DNA of 12,710 bases from the IMG/VR virus record IMGVR_UViG_3300002460_002611. One strand, written 5' to 3'. Under the pieces are notes generated by a model. It did no database searches and was not told the DNA's origin. It worked only from the letters and a program-made list of their open reading frames with translations. Positions 1 through 6,765 of this stretch are shown one piece after another; the first letter of the stretch is position 1, and every line of letters begins with the position of its first letter. The DNA is from a virus. The translations under genes and the position numbers were made by a program.

Positions 1-1440
1 GGCAAGCTGCCCGATGAGTTCGTCCAGGAGTGGGTGAGGAAGGGCGAGGAGTTCATCGCGCTCTGGAACGAGTGCCTGTCGTTCGACCTCGTCGTGCCCT
101 ACCTCATCGACCTGGGCTACGATGAGCCGTTCTTTGGGTCCCTGTCACGTCGCATCATGAAACTGAGGTCGGCTGAGGTCCCGACGGCGGGCGTCTGCGT
201 TGATCGCGGCCAGCTGATGATGCTCTGGAACCCAATCTTCTTCAAGAAGGGTCTCGACGAGTGTCACATCCAGGGCGTCCTGAAGCATGAGCTGTATCAC
301 GTCATCCTGGAGCACATCACCAGCCGGCGTCAGACGCCCCACGTCCTGTGGAACGCGGCCACAGACCTGGCGATTAACTCACTCATCCCGCGGCAGGAGC
401 TGCCTGACTGGTGCCTCCACGCGGGTGAGATGTATAAGCCTGCGAAGGCGCCCCCCGACTGGAAGCCGGGCATCATGGCCCGCATCATCAAGGGGCTGCC
501 CAAGAACCAGAGCTCTGAGTGGTATATGAACCAGTTCCTCATGGACCCTGAGGTGCAGCAGGCCATGGCCAACGCTCGTGCTGCCGCAGGGCAGAGACCC
601 AAGCAGGGTGAGGGCGATGGTGGAGGCGCGGGTGGCCCTGGACAGCCTGGCGATGGTCAGGACGGGGGCCAAAAGAGCAACGACGGTGCATTCGAGGACG
701 AGCTCAGGAGGGAGCTCTATGGTGACGGCGGGGGCCAGTTCGACGACCATGACATCTGGGACAGGCTGACAGAAGAGCAGCGCGACGTGATGCGTGAGCA
801 TGTGCGAGGCCTGTTCAGGGACTGCGTCCGCGAGGCTGAGAGCAACGCAAAGGGCTGGGGCAACATGCCCGACAGCATCAGGGCGCACCTGAGGAAGGTG
901 CTGTCACGTGAGATCGATTGGCGTGACCTGATCAGCAGGTTCGTGGGCAGGTCAACGACGACAAAGACTACGTCGTCCATCAAGCGCGTGAACAGGCGCT
1001 ATCCATGGGACCACCCGGGCAGGAAGCGTGCCCACAGCGCCCGGCCCGTCTTTCTCATGGACCAGAGCGGATCGATGCGTGATGAATGGGTCGAGCTGCT
1101 GTTTGCTGAGGTCAGCAACATGGGCGTCATCACTGAGTATGACATCGTCCCGTTCGACCACACAGTCGATGAGGAGAACGTGCAGAGGGTGCGGAGGGGC
1201 ACGCAGCCCAAGCTTGTGAGGACGAGGTCGGGTGGGACGAACTTCAGCGCTGCGGTCGAATGGGTCAATAAGTGCCCAGGACGTCACGACGTGGCATTTT
1301 TGCTGACGGATGGCGAGTGCTTCTCACCCGTCAAGTGCAACATCCCACTGGCATACATCTTGGCGCCGGGCTGCCAGCTCCACTTTGAGCCCCCCGCCGG
1401 GACGATCGTGATAAACATGACTGACACTCGGAAGGGCTAA
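1..1440 (+). CDS. 5'-partial CDS: putative HExxH zinc-metallopeptidase-like domain (DUF2201_N type) fused to a C-terminal vWA-like domain. Reading frame is open to the window edge, so the true start is probably upstream; first in-frame GTG is at 34.
   Basis: 'HELYHVILEH' (nt 286-315) followed by 'WNAATDLAINS' matches the DUF2201 N-terminal putative metallopeptidase signature. 'VFLMDQSGSM' (nt ~1048-1077) is a vWA MIDAS-like DxSxS motif followed by the 'VPFDHTVD' strand typical of the DUF2201 vWA-like domain. A Gly/Asp-rich linker separates the two halves. No stop codon lies between nt 1 and 34 in frame. Confidence 0.8.
   Translation, partial: GKLPDEFVQEWVRKGEEFIALWNECLSFDLVVPYLIDLGYDEPFFGSLSRRIMKLRSAEVPTAGVCVDRGQLMMLWNPIFFKKGLDECHIQGVLKHELYHVILEHITSRRQTPHVLWNAATDLAINSLIPRQELPDWCLHAGEMYKPAKAPPDWKPGIMARIIKGLPKNQSSEWYMNQFLMDPEVQQAMANARAAAGQRPKQGEGDGGGAGGPGQPGDGQDGGQKSNDGAFEDELRRELYGDGGGQFDDHDIWDRLTEEQRDVMREHVRGLFRDCVREAESNAKGWGNMPDSIRAHLRKVLSREIDWRDLISRFVGRSTTTKTTSSIKRVNRRYPWDHPGRKRAHSARPVFLMDQSGSMRDEWVELLFAEVSNMGVITEYDIVPFDHTVDEENVQRVRRGTQPKLVRTRSGGTNFSAAVEWVNKCPGRHDVAFLLTDGECFSPVKCNIPLAYILAPGCQLHFEPPAGTIVINMTDTRKG
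598..753 (+). repeat. Low-complexity Gly/Asp/Gln-rich coding segment (inter-domain linker) inside the metallopeptidase-vWA CDS
   Basis: Translation 'GQRPKQGEGDGGGAGGPGQPGDGQDGGQKSNDG...YGDGGGQFDD'; the nucleotide sequence is built of ggy/gay codon reiterations. Confidence 0.6.
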
Positions 1441-1445
1441 CAGGC

Positions 1446-1580
1446 ATGTGTGAGTACGTGTACGCAGCATTATTTGCTGCATTCATGGTCGTGATGGTCG
1501 TCGTCGTGCTTGTGCTTGATGTTGTTGAGAGACGCGCAAAGAAGCGAAAGCAAAAGAAACAGGAGAACACGTGGATCTGA
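1446..1580 (+). CDS. Possible small membrane protein (44 aa), below the ORF-track length cutoff: a hydrophobic helix followed by a Lys/Arg-rich tail
   Basis: ATG at 1446, 6 nt after the upstream stop. Translation 'MCEYVYAALFAAFMVVMVVVVLVLDVVERRAKKRKQKKQENTWI*' is a single TM-like segment plus a basic C-terminus (positive-inside). It overlaps the next start (GTG 1571) by 10 nt. Confidence 0.3.
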   Translation: MCEYVYAALFAAFMVVMVVVVLVLDVVERRAKKRKQKKQENTWI

Positions 1581-1864
1581 ACGATGATATCGTCTTCACT
1601 GATGGACAGACGTGGCACCTGGGCGATTTGCTGGTCCTTAAAGCTCACTCAAGACGAAGTAATGTGATAGATGGACATCTTAGAGCTGTTTTGACTGATG
1701 AGCCACTCATTCTCTTGGGCTTCTCTGGAGTAGGAATATGTAGACAGGCACAGTTTATGTCAGCACGCTATGGCCTATGCTGGAGAAACGTCTGGCGAGA
1801 CTTTAGAGACAACGTATCGCTTGTTCAGAGGCTTGACATGAACCCTGGAGCGTTCCATGCTTAG
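1571..1864 (+). CDS. Member of the tandem small-protein paralog family (GDL / GHL / EPLIxLG / GxCWR motifs); GTG start
   Basis: 'GQTWHLGDLLVL...DGHLRAVLTDEPLILLGFSGV...FMSARYGLCWRNVW...VSLVQRLD'. An AGGAG lies 5 nt before the GTG. Confidence 0.7.
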   Translation: MDLNDDIVFTDGQTWHLGDLLVLKAHSRRSNVIDGHLRAVLTDEPLILLGFSGVGICRQAQFMSARYGLCWRNVWRDFRDNVSLVQRLDMNPGAFHA

Positions 1865-1981
1865 GATGGTGCTAAGGGCTGGAGATGCCTTGCTCCTTTC
1901 AGCTGGAAGGGCGATGCTGTGGTGTGCGTTATTCGTGGCCATGGCATGGGCAGAGATCGACGGCCCCAGGAGAGGTGACGA

Positions 1982-2248
1982 ATGATGGGCTTTAGGAACA
2001 GCAACCAGGATGCACGCATCCGCGTGAGGTCAGAGGGGGCGTCGATCGCCGTTGATACGGCATACAGGGACCCGGGGACGCTGCAGGCACGGGCCGATGT
2101 GCGTGAACGTTACGACGTTGAGACGGGGAGGTCATTGACGGGCCTGTCCGTCAGGACAGCAGGAGGCAGGAGCATCCGCTTCACGGGCTCCGAGGCTCGG
2201 ACGCTATATCGCATCCTGGATGAGGCCGTGAACGGTTCGAGGGTGTAA
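1982..2248 (+). CDS. Hypothetical protein (88 aa), no recognisable domain; not an obvious member of the paralog family
   Basis: A 'ggagaggtga' SD sits 4 nt before ATG 1982, and the coding-like composition is continuous with its neighbours. The protein is Arg-rich and shows no motif I recognise. Confidence 0.5.
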   Translation: MMGFRNSNQDARIRVRSEGASIAVDTAYRDPGTLQARADVRERYDVETGRSLTGLSVRTAGGRSIRFTGSEARTLYRILDEAVNGSRV

Positions 2249-2251
2249 CAC

Positions 2252-2518
2252 ATGAGGGCAGCAGAGCTGTGTCCGGGCGGCCTGTGTAGCAGCTCTGCTG
2301 TCTCTGTGATAGACTCACAGGGTAGAACCCATCTCTTCTCTGACGACAAACCGTTGTGGACAGCGTTGTTCATCAGACGTTATCACGTTAAGTGGGGGTT
2401 GGTCGGTCCGTATGAAGAGTTTCTGTTCATCTCGCCCCAACTCGGGGTGATGAAGGTGACCACAACAAGCCTGCAATATATCATGTTTGTCCAATCGCTA
2501 GACGATTGTGTGGAGTGA
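2252..2518 (+). CDS. Hypothetical protein, possibly a divergent member of the paralog family
   Basis: Starts 3 nt after the previous stop. The C-terminus 'YIMFVQSLDD' resembles the family tail 'LTLVSSLD / VSLVQRLD'. Weak 'PGGLCS', 'QGRTHL' and 'PLWTALFI' segments echo the GDL, GHL and EPLIFLG motifs. Confidence 0.45.
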   Translation: MRAAELCPGGLCSSSAVSVIDSQGRTHLFSDDKPLWTALFIRRYHVKWGLVGPYEEFLFISPQLGVMKVTTTSLQYIMFVQSLDDCVE

Positions 2519-2523
2519 ATGCA

Positions 2524-2832
2524 ATGCTGCTTGACCTCCCTTCTACGCTCATCCCAGGCGCCCTCTATGCCCTAGAGGGTGAGATTGGGCTCACAACAGA
2601 GACCACGCCCCGAGGAAGGTCTCAGCACTTGCTGTTACGTATTGGTGCGATACGTCATGCATCGGTAGGACAAGTGGAACCGCTGGTCTTTATCAAGACT
2701 ACGTTGGCTGGAAAGAACGCGCCAGGCATGTCAATGCACTGGTTCATGTCGAGGCTGGGTCCGTGCTACAGGAACACGCTCCCTACGAGCCTTTATCTCG
2801 TGCAGGAGGTCGCTGATGCCGACAGTGAATGA
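2524..2832 (+). CDS. Member of the paralog family. The ORF track starts at TTG 2506; ATG 2524 is preferred, with GGAG 8 nt upstream.
   Basis: 'LIPGALYAL...EPLVFIKT...FMSRLGPCYRN'. The 3' end overlaps the next gene's start. Confidence 0.65.
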   Translation: MLLDLPSTLIPGALYALEGEIGLTTETTPRGRSQHLLLRIGAIRHASVGQVEPLVFIKTTLAGKNAPGMSMHWFMSRLGPCYRNTLPTSLYLVQEVADADSE

Positions 2833-3898
2833 GATTGAGAGAAGGTTTCTTGTGAAGGAGATCGATCTCAAGCATCGTGCACTCAAGGACAACAACGTCT
2901 GGAACGGGTGTGAGGTCCATCTCACGCAGGGCTACCTTGACATCCCGGGCAGCATGCGCGTGAGGTCATACACGTTCAGGGGCACGGGCCTCCAGAGGCA
3001 TGAGCTGACGAGGAAGACGGGCAAGGGCCTCCTTCGGGTTGAGCAGAATGCAGACATCTCTGCCGAGGCTGCGCAGATGCTGCTGGGCTCGACGCCCTTC
3101 ACGATCAGCAAGACGCGCCGCATGTGTGATGGGTGGGAGGTTGACTTCTTCCACGGGCGGCTTGAGGGCCTCATCATGGCAGAGAAGGAGCTCCAGCATC
3201 CCGACGAGCCTTGTCCCATTCCGCCCTGGATAGCAGATGCTGTTGAGGTGACAGACTTCATCAGCAACAAACAGCTCGCCCGAGCCGCGTTCCTGCTGTC
3301 ATCTGATGAGCCTCTCTCTATCCTTGATGCGCGTCGTCTCAGGCGCGTGGTCCTGACGGGTGCACCGTGCTCGGGCAAGAGCGCGTTCGTGGAGCAGTTC
3401 AGGGGGACGCCTGGGTTCCATTGTGTGCCAGAGGTTGCGACGATTGTCATGGGGCAGCTCAATGTCATGCCCGAGTCAGGAGCAGCAAGCTTCCAGCGGA
3501 CGCTCTACCGCATGCAGCACCTGTTCGAGGACGCTGCTGAGGTCCAGGCCCAAAGGGACGGCAACGGGACAGTGGTCATCGACAGAGGGTCGCTCGATGG
3601 GGCCGCCTTCATGCCGGGAGGGCTGGATGAATACACAACCCTCGTTCAGACAGACGCTCTGTCGGAGCTCGGCAGGTATGACGCTGTCATCTTCCTCAGG
3701 CTGCCCCCGCGTGATGTGTGGGAGAGGAACAGGGCGAACAATGCAATCAGGCGTGAGACGTGGGAGCAGGCCCTCGTGCTTGAGGAGAGGCTGCTTGATG
3801 TGTGGTCCAGGCATCCCAACCTCATCGTTGTCGGAGGCAGGCCCACGTGGGAGGAGAGGTTCGCTGACATCATTGGACATGTCAGCTGCAGGTTGTAG
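2816..3898 (+). CDS. Two-domain enzyme: N-terminal CYTH / triphosphate-tunnel metalloenzyme domain fused to a C-terminal P-loop kinase of the NadR-AAA_28 / uridine-kinase-like type
   Basis: The N-terminus 'VNEIERRFLVKEID' is the ExExK CYTH signature (nt 2831-2854). Walker A 'VVLTGAPCSGKSAF' lies at nt ~3352-3390, followed by 'VPEVAT' and an 'IDRGSLDGAAF' region typical of NadR-type nucleoside kinases. AGGAGG sits 6 nt before ATG 2816. Confidence 0.8.
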   Translation: MPTVNEIERRFLVKEIDLKHRALKDNNVWNGCEVHLTQGYLDIPGSMRVRSYTFRGTGLQRHELTRKTGKGLLRVEQNADISAEAAQMLLGSTPFTISKTRRMCDGWEVDFFHGRLEGLIMAEKELQHPDEPCPIPPWIADAVEVTDFISNKQLARAAFLLSSDEPLSILDARRLRRVVLTGAPCSGKSAFVEQFRGTPGFHCVPEVATIVMGQLNVMPESGAASFQRTLYRMQHLFEDAAEVQAQRDGNGTVVIDRGSLDGAAFMPGGLDEYTTLVQTDALSELGRYDAVIFLRLPPRDVWERNRANNAIRRETWEQALVLEERLLDVWSRHPNLIVVGGRPTWEERFADIIGHVSCRL

Positions 3899-3907
3899 GA
3901 GCGTCAG

Positions 3908-4192
3908 ATGAATGAGAAGTTTGATGTGGGAGACCTTGTCGGCATAGTGGGTGTCAGCTACAACGGGCTGTCTGACGACGGACACCTCCTGAATGGAGGA
4001 TACTGCGATGTGGGTTGCCAGTGCGGCGCCTCGCCACCCGCACACCACATGCTTCTGCTATACATGGGCAGCGACTACAACTACAAGCATTTCGAATCTA
4101 TCCATTGGTTCCTGACGCAGACGGGGGAGCGCTGCTGGCGATACTCGACAGAGCACCTCATACTCGTGTCATCACATGATGGGATGCTATGA
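3908..4192 (+). CDS. Paralog family member, Cys-rich-insert subgroup
   Basis: 'FDVGDLVGIVGV...DGHLLNGGYCDVGCQCG...HHMLLLYMG...WFLTQTGERCWRY...LILVSSHD'. AGGAG lies 6 nt upstream, and the next gene starts by ATGA overlap. Confidence 0.75.
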   Translation: MNEKFDVGDLVGIVGVSYNGLSDDGHLLNGGYCDVGCQCGASPPAHHMLLLYMGSDYNYKHFESIHWFLTQTGERCWRYSTEHLILVSSHDGML

Positions 4193-4461
4193 CGTTGGGC
4201 TTGGGCGTAGAGATGCAGCCCGGTGACCTCGTGGGTCTCGCTGGCGTCAGGACAGTCTCATTGCAGACAGATGGGTGGTTGTCTAACTGTAAGATGTGTG
4301 TGGGATCGTGTGGATGCTGGTCGGGGCAGCCGCATGTGTGGTTGCTGTATCTGGAGCGTAAAGGATACTGTAATTACTTCCTGACATCTGCGGGCTCAAT
4401 CTGCTTCCGCTACGGAAGCAGGCGTGAGTATGTCGTGGTCTCCAGAGACAGGATATTGTGA
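4189..4461 (+). CDS. Paralog family member, Cys-rich-insert subgroup
   Basis: 'QPGDLVGLAGV...DGWLSNCKMCVGSCGCW...VWLLYLE...YFLTSAGSICFRYG'. ATGA overlaps at both ends. Confidence 0.75.
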   Translation: MTLGLGVEMQPGDLVGLAGVRTVSLQTDGWLSNCKMCVGSCGCWSGQPHVWLLYLERKGYCNYFLTSAGSICFRYGSRREYVVVSRDRIL

Positions 4462-4751
4462 TGACGAAAAGTGCTGCAGACATCAAGTCGGGAGACCTTG
4501 TGGGTGTGAGATCGGGGAGCATGTTTGAGCTGGACCCAGAAGGGCACCTGATGAATGGGTTCTGTTCAAGGGTTGGCTGCACGTGCCACCATGAAGAGGG
4601 TGGGGTGGTGCACATGCTGTTGCTCTACATGGGCCCTAGCACTCACATTGCCGATGTTTCGGGTCCAGTCCATACGTTCCTGATGCCGACAGGACAGGCA
4701 TGCTGGCGCTACGGATACAACAACCTGACGCTGGTCTCATCGTTGGACTAG
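4458..4751 (+). CDS. Paralog family member, Cys-rich-insert subgroup
   Basis: 'KSGDLVGVRSG...EGHLMNGFCSRVGCTCHH...VHMLLLYMG...FLMPTGQACWRYG...LTLVSSLD'. Confidence 0.75.
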   Translation: MMTKSAADIKSGDLVGVRSGSMFELDPEGHLMNGFCSRVGCTCHHEEGGVVHMLLLYMGPSTHIADVSGPVHTFLMPTGQACWRYGYNNLTLVSSLD

Positions 4752-4752
4752 G

Positions 4753-5148
4753 ATGTTCGCCCTTACTGGGACGCTACGTTACGACATCATGCTGGGCTAC
4801 GGACACAGGCTCGTCGTTGATGTTGAAAGGGACGTCGCGAGGTTCTATGCAGCATTGGTCCCAAGGAGCGTGGGCATCAGGTCGCAACGCTATGCGCCCC
4901 ATGTGACAGTCGTCAGGCTTGAGACGCCCAGCATGATGTCTGCATGGGGCATGAGGCAGGGCCAGCGTGTGAGCATGTGGTATGACCCGTACGTCTACAA
5001 CGACGAGAGGTATTACTGGCTTCGCGTGCACTCAGATGAGCTTCTTGACGTCAGGAAGGAGCTCGGGCTGCCATCATCGAGCAGGTTGAGCAGGCCGCCT
5101 GACGGCGTCGAGTGCTTCCACATGACGATAGGGAACACAAAGCCATGA
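4753..5148 (+). CDS. Small 2H-phosphoesterase-superfamily protein (LigT / cyclic phosphodiesterase / Acb1-like), 131 aa
   Basis: Two H-x-T-x motifs flanked by hydrophobics with typical spacing: 'APHVTVVRL' (His50, nt 4900-4902) and 'ECFHMTIGN' (His123, nt 5119-5121). It starts 2 nt after the upstream stop and ends in an ATGA overlap with the next gene. Confidence 0.7.
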   Translation: MFALTGTLRYDIMLGYGHRLVVDVERDVARFYAALVPRSVGIRSQRYAPHVTVVRLETPSMMSAWGMRQGQRVSMWYDPYVYNDERYYWLRVHSDELLDVRKELGLPSSSRLSRPPDGVECFHMTIGNTKP

Positions 5149-5477
5149 GCAAAAGAGAGAAGCTGAGGCTTGCGCAGCTGGTCCAGGGCGACCTGCTGCA
5201 GCTGCGTTGCTACGATGCATCACGACTAGAGATCGGTGACAACGAAGGTCACCTGTGCGGAGACATCTACGATCCTGAACGTCATGACCTCTTCGACGCC
5301 AAGCGCTTCGACAGGTGCACCGCACTCGTCCCGTTCATCTACCTGGGTCCTCATGATGTCAAGCATTCCAACACAGCAGCCAGGCTCCTGTCACCCACAC
5401 ACGGTGTCTGCTGGCGTTATGTGTGCCATGCCCTAGAGCTGGCGCAGCCCGTGTCAGCGTGTGAGGAGGACCAGTGA
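5145..5477 (+). CDS. Paralog family member. The ORF track start is GTG 5112; ATG 5145 is preferred because it forms an ATGA overlap with the 2H gene stop.
   Basis: 'LVQGDLLQL...EGHLCGD...VPFIYLGP...LLSPTHGVCWRYV'. Confidence 0.7.
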   Translation: MSKREKLRLAQLVQGDLLQLRCYDASRLEIGDNEGHLCGDIYDPERHDLFDAKRFDRCTALVPFIYLGPHDVKHSNTAARLLSPTHGVCWRYVCHALELAQPVSACEEDQ

Positions 5478-5478
5478 C

Positions 5479-5802
5479 ATGCATATGAATGAGCTACACA
5501 ACTACAAGAGCCCGACGGGTGAGGTCTGGAACGCGGGTGACCTGTGTGCGCTCACGATCACTGGCCCATTTTCTCTACGTGTAGAAGTTGAATACGTGAC
5601 CCAGGGTCACCTTATCGGGGCCACTGGTGGCTTGGATGAGCCCCTCATCTTCTTGGGTGTGTCATACAACGATGACTACAGCCGCTTGATCGCGTATCTC
5701 TTGTCTTTTAGGTTCGGTGCGTGTTGGAGGTTTGTGTGGTCCGACCAGACGGGTGGGTTGAAGCGTGTCCAGCAGCTGCAGCCTGATGTGTCGTCGCAGT
5801 GA
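5479..5802 (+). CDS. Paralog family member. The track start is GTG 5461; ATG 5479 is preferred, with AGGAGGA 8 nt upstream and 2 nt after the upstream stop.
   Basis: 'GEVWNAGDLCAL...QGHLIGATGGLDEPLIFLGV...LLSFRFGACWRFVW'. Confidence 0.7.
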   Translation: MHMNELHNYKSPTGEVWNAGDLCALTITGPFSLRVEVEYVTQGHLIGATGGLDEPLIFLGVSYNDDYSRLIAYLLSFRFGACWRFVWSDQTGGLKRVQQLQPDVSSQ

Positions 5803-5825
5803 GTGAAGGCCGAGGAGAACGTAAC

Positions 5826-6131
5826 ATGGACAGCCTCATATGCAACGGAGAGACATGGGCGGTCGGTGACATGTGCAGCTATGATGGTAGAAATGCCTTA
5901 GGCCAGTTTTGCATCGACCAACACAACAGCTGGTATCCCAACCACCTGCTAGGCAGGCCTGCTATCCCAGAGCCCCTCATCCTCATGGCGATAGAGCGGC
6001 ATGAGATACTCACGGCTGCACACGTCGTGTGGTTCATGTCTGTGACGTTCGGGCTGTGTTGGCGCTTGGTGTGGCCGGATGATGCAGACGATGTCGTGCT
6101 ATGTCAGAAGCAGTCTGAGACTGCACCATGA
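5826..6131 (+). CDS. Paralog family member. The track start is GTG 5799; ATG 5826 is preferred, with GAGGAG 8 nt upstream.
   Basis: 'GETWAVGDMCSY...NHLLGRPAIPEPLILMAI...WFMSVTFGLCWRLVW'. Confidence 0.7.
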   Translation: MDSLICNGETWAVGDMCSYDGRNALGQFCIDQHNSWYPNHLLGRPAIPEPLILMAIERHEILTAAHVVWFMSVTFGLCWRLVWPDDADDVVLCQKQSETAP

Positions 6132-6463
6132 TGGTGCCCAGGCTTGAACAGTTCCTGCAATCACGTGATGAGACGTGGCATGCAGGCGACCTGTGCGCGT
6201 TTGTGGAAGTGCACGGTGTGGACCTCACGCCGTATGTGGATGAAGAAGGTCACCTCCTTGGCAGTCCTATTGAGCCCATGCCCCTCATCTTTCTGGGCGT
6301 CTGTTGGTCAGAGAACAGAGAATACAGGAAGGTATGGTTCATATCGCCCGTGCACGGTCCCTGCTATAGAATCATCAATGACGCATCAAGGGGTCGGGTG
6401 CATCATGTGAGTCGGGCGCAGACGATCGCTAGCGTCACAAGGAGCATGCATCATGACACATGA
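6128..6463 (+). CDS. Paralog family member (ATGA overlap with the upstream gene)
   Basis: 'DETWHAGDLCAF...EGHLLGSPIEPMPLIFLGV...WFISPVHGPCYRI'. Confidence 0.7.
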   Translation: MMVPRLEQFLQSRDETWHAGDLCAFVEVHGVDLTPYVDEEGHLLGSPIEPMPLIFLGVCWSENREYRKVWFISPVHGPCYRIINDASRGRVHHVSRAQTIASVTRSMHHDT

Positions 6464-6710
6464 TATGCCTCTTCCGGGCGACCTGCTTATGTTCGCCACG
6501 AGCAATTGGTCAGTGCCTGACATGAGGCCCAACGGTTTCCTCTATGCCCGCCATACGTTGACATCGAACAATCAGCTAGCTGATTGCTTTGAGCCAGTCA
6601 TGATGCTATGTGACGAGGAGACGACGGGTCGCGTTCACCTGCTATCTGCTAGGTTTGGTCTGTGCTGGTGGTGGCGAGATTGGCTATTGTATCGTCATGT
6701 CGGCGCCTAG
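6453..6710 (+). CDS. Paralog family member (11-nt overlap with the upstream gene; alternative ATG at 6465)
   Basis: 'LPGDLLMF...NGFLYAR...EPVMMLCDEE...HLLSARFGLCWWW'. AAGGAG lies 8 nt before ATG 6453. Confidence 0.65.
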   Translation: MTHDMPLPGDLLMFATSNWSVPDMRPNGFLYARHTLTSNNQLADCFEPVMMLCDEETTGRVHLLSARFGLCWWWRDWLLYRHVGA

Positions 6711-6740
6711 CCTGGCTCATTGGGGTGCAGCCACTTAGAG

Positions 6741-6762
6741 CAGCTGGTGACAGCTGGTGACA
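6741..6762. repeat. Perfect tandem duplication of the 10-mer 'cagctggtga' (2 copies plus 'ca') in the only sizeable intergenic gap inside the paralog array
   Basis: 'cagctggtgacagctggtgaca' read directly from the sequence; it lies just upstream of, or overlapping, the start of the 6757/6766 gene. Confidence 0.6.
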
Positions 6763-6765
6763 TAC

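Noticed and set aside
379-888. 169-aa minus-strand ORF and several 60-110-aa ORFs on both strands between 145 and 1287
   Set aside because: All lie within, or antisense to, the metallopeptidase-vWA CDS, which has strong motif support. No independent evidence supports them.
1865-1981. Possible ~36-codon ORF (ATG ~1885) in the 117-nt gap before the 1982 gene
   Set aside because: It is too short, lacks a convincing SD and has no distinctive composition. The region is more likely a regulatory spacer.
3360-3911. 183-aa plus-strand ORF in an alternative frame (Ser/Arg/Cys-rich)
   Set aside because: It is an out-of-frame overlap of the P-loop kinase half of the CYTH-kinase gene, with low-complexity translation.
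3476-4048. 190-aa minus-strand ORF
   Set aside because: It is antisense to the CYTH-kinase gene and the first Cys-rich paralog. Real minus-strand genes are unlikely in this strictly unidirectional, overlap-coupled block.
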